Below are positions 63,711-64,000 of a stretch of 64,000 nucleotides of DNA, piece after piece. The translations under genes were made by a program, and so were the position numbers. The stretch lies in assembly GCF_000143415.4 (NCBI RefSeq), contig NW_003314286.1, positions 759,766-823,765 of the forward strand. The letters run 5' to 3'. The first letter of the stretch is position 1, and each line of letters begins with the position of its first letter. A model generated the notes under the pieces. It worked only from the letters and a program-made list of their open reading frames with translations, made no database searches and was not told the DNA's origin. Source of the stretch: Selaginella moellendorffii. Taxonomy: Eukaryota > Plantae > Lycopodiophyta.

Positions 63711-64000
63711 CACGTGTCATGTGTTGGTCCTTTAAGGTCCCTTTTTGGAGCCTCATTTATCTCCTCGCTTCGTGCTCATTCCTCGAGCACTTCGTTGGGA
63801 GTTCCACTCCGCTCTTGACTTTTCAAGTCGGAGCTTTTGGTCCAAACGTGTTACGCTTGTTTGGCTCTCGCTTCGGCCACTACCACATGGCGCCCTTCCG
63901 GCTCCACTTTGGGGCCTAGGGATTTTGTGTCTCACACAATAAAGAAAGAATATCCAAAAGGACTAGCCAATAAATAATTTTCAATACCCACAATCATATT

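Larger units (their letters stand above)
60513..63936 (-). mobile_element. Family-A solo LTR (~1.8 kb, outer), interrupted by a second copy
   Basis: TGTAAG..CTCACA termini; TSD CAGTA (60508-60512) / CAATA (63937-63941); no internal domain. Strand inferred from the PBS position at the 53615 copy. Confidence 0.85.

Noticed and set aside
62332-63942. Many overlapping ORFs (GLGLG, DSDSD, RTRT, SPSP)
   Set aside because: Artefacts of stop-free 6/12-bp repeats inside LTRs; open in several frames at once.

Overview
Eukaryotic plant nuclear DNA. The very compact gene spacing, 40-90 nt introns, intronless S-motif-rich PPR genes and a flagellar gene (CFAP52) point to a seed-free plant with motile sperm, most likely the lycophyte Selaginella (inference). 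Bases 1-50.2 kb are gene-dense: an unknown gene (5' partial), a sn-2 GPAT, an F-box gene, two PLS PPRs, a small conserved plant protein, YY1, HPPD, CFAP52, PurD/GARS, cystathionine beta-lyase, PDCD2-like, bystin, MEMO1, GRV2/RME-8, a proline-rich Ole e 1-like protein, a coiled-coil protein, a classical extensin (with an assembly gap) and an organellar small HSP. An ICL/PEP-mutase-family pseudogene marks the border. Bases 50.6-64 kb are a transposon graveyard dominated by one family of long LTRs carrying internal (GGACTC)n/(GGACTCCATCTC)n arrays. Target-site duplications resolve this region into nested insertions: LTR-in-LTR, and TRIM-in-LTR-in-LTR. Two independent insertions hit nearly the same spot at the edge of the host LTR's repeat array, the most striking signal in the window. 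Exon boundaries were inferred by eye from GT/AG sites and reading frame; no database search was run.
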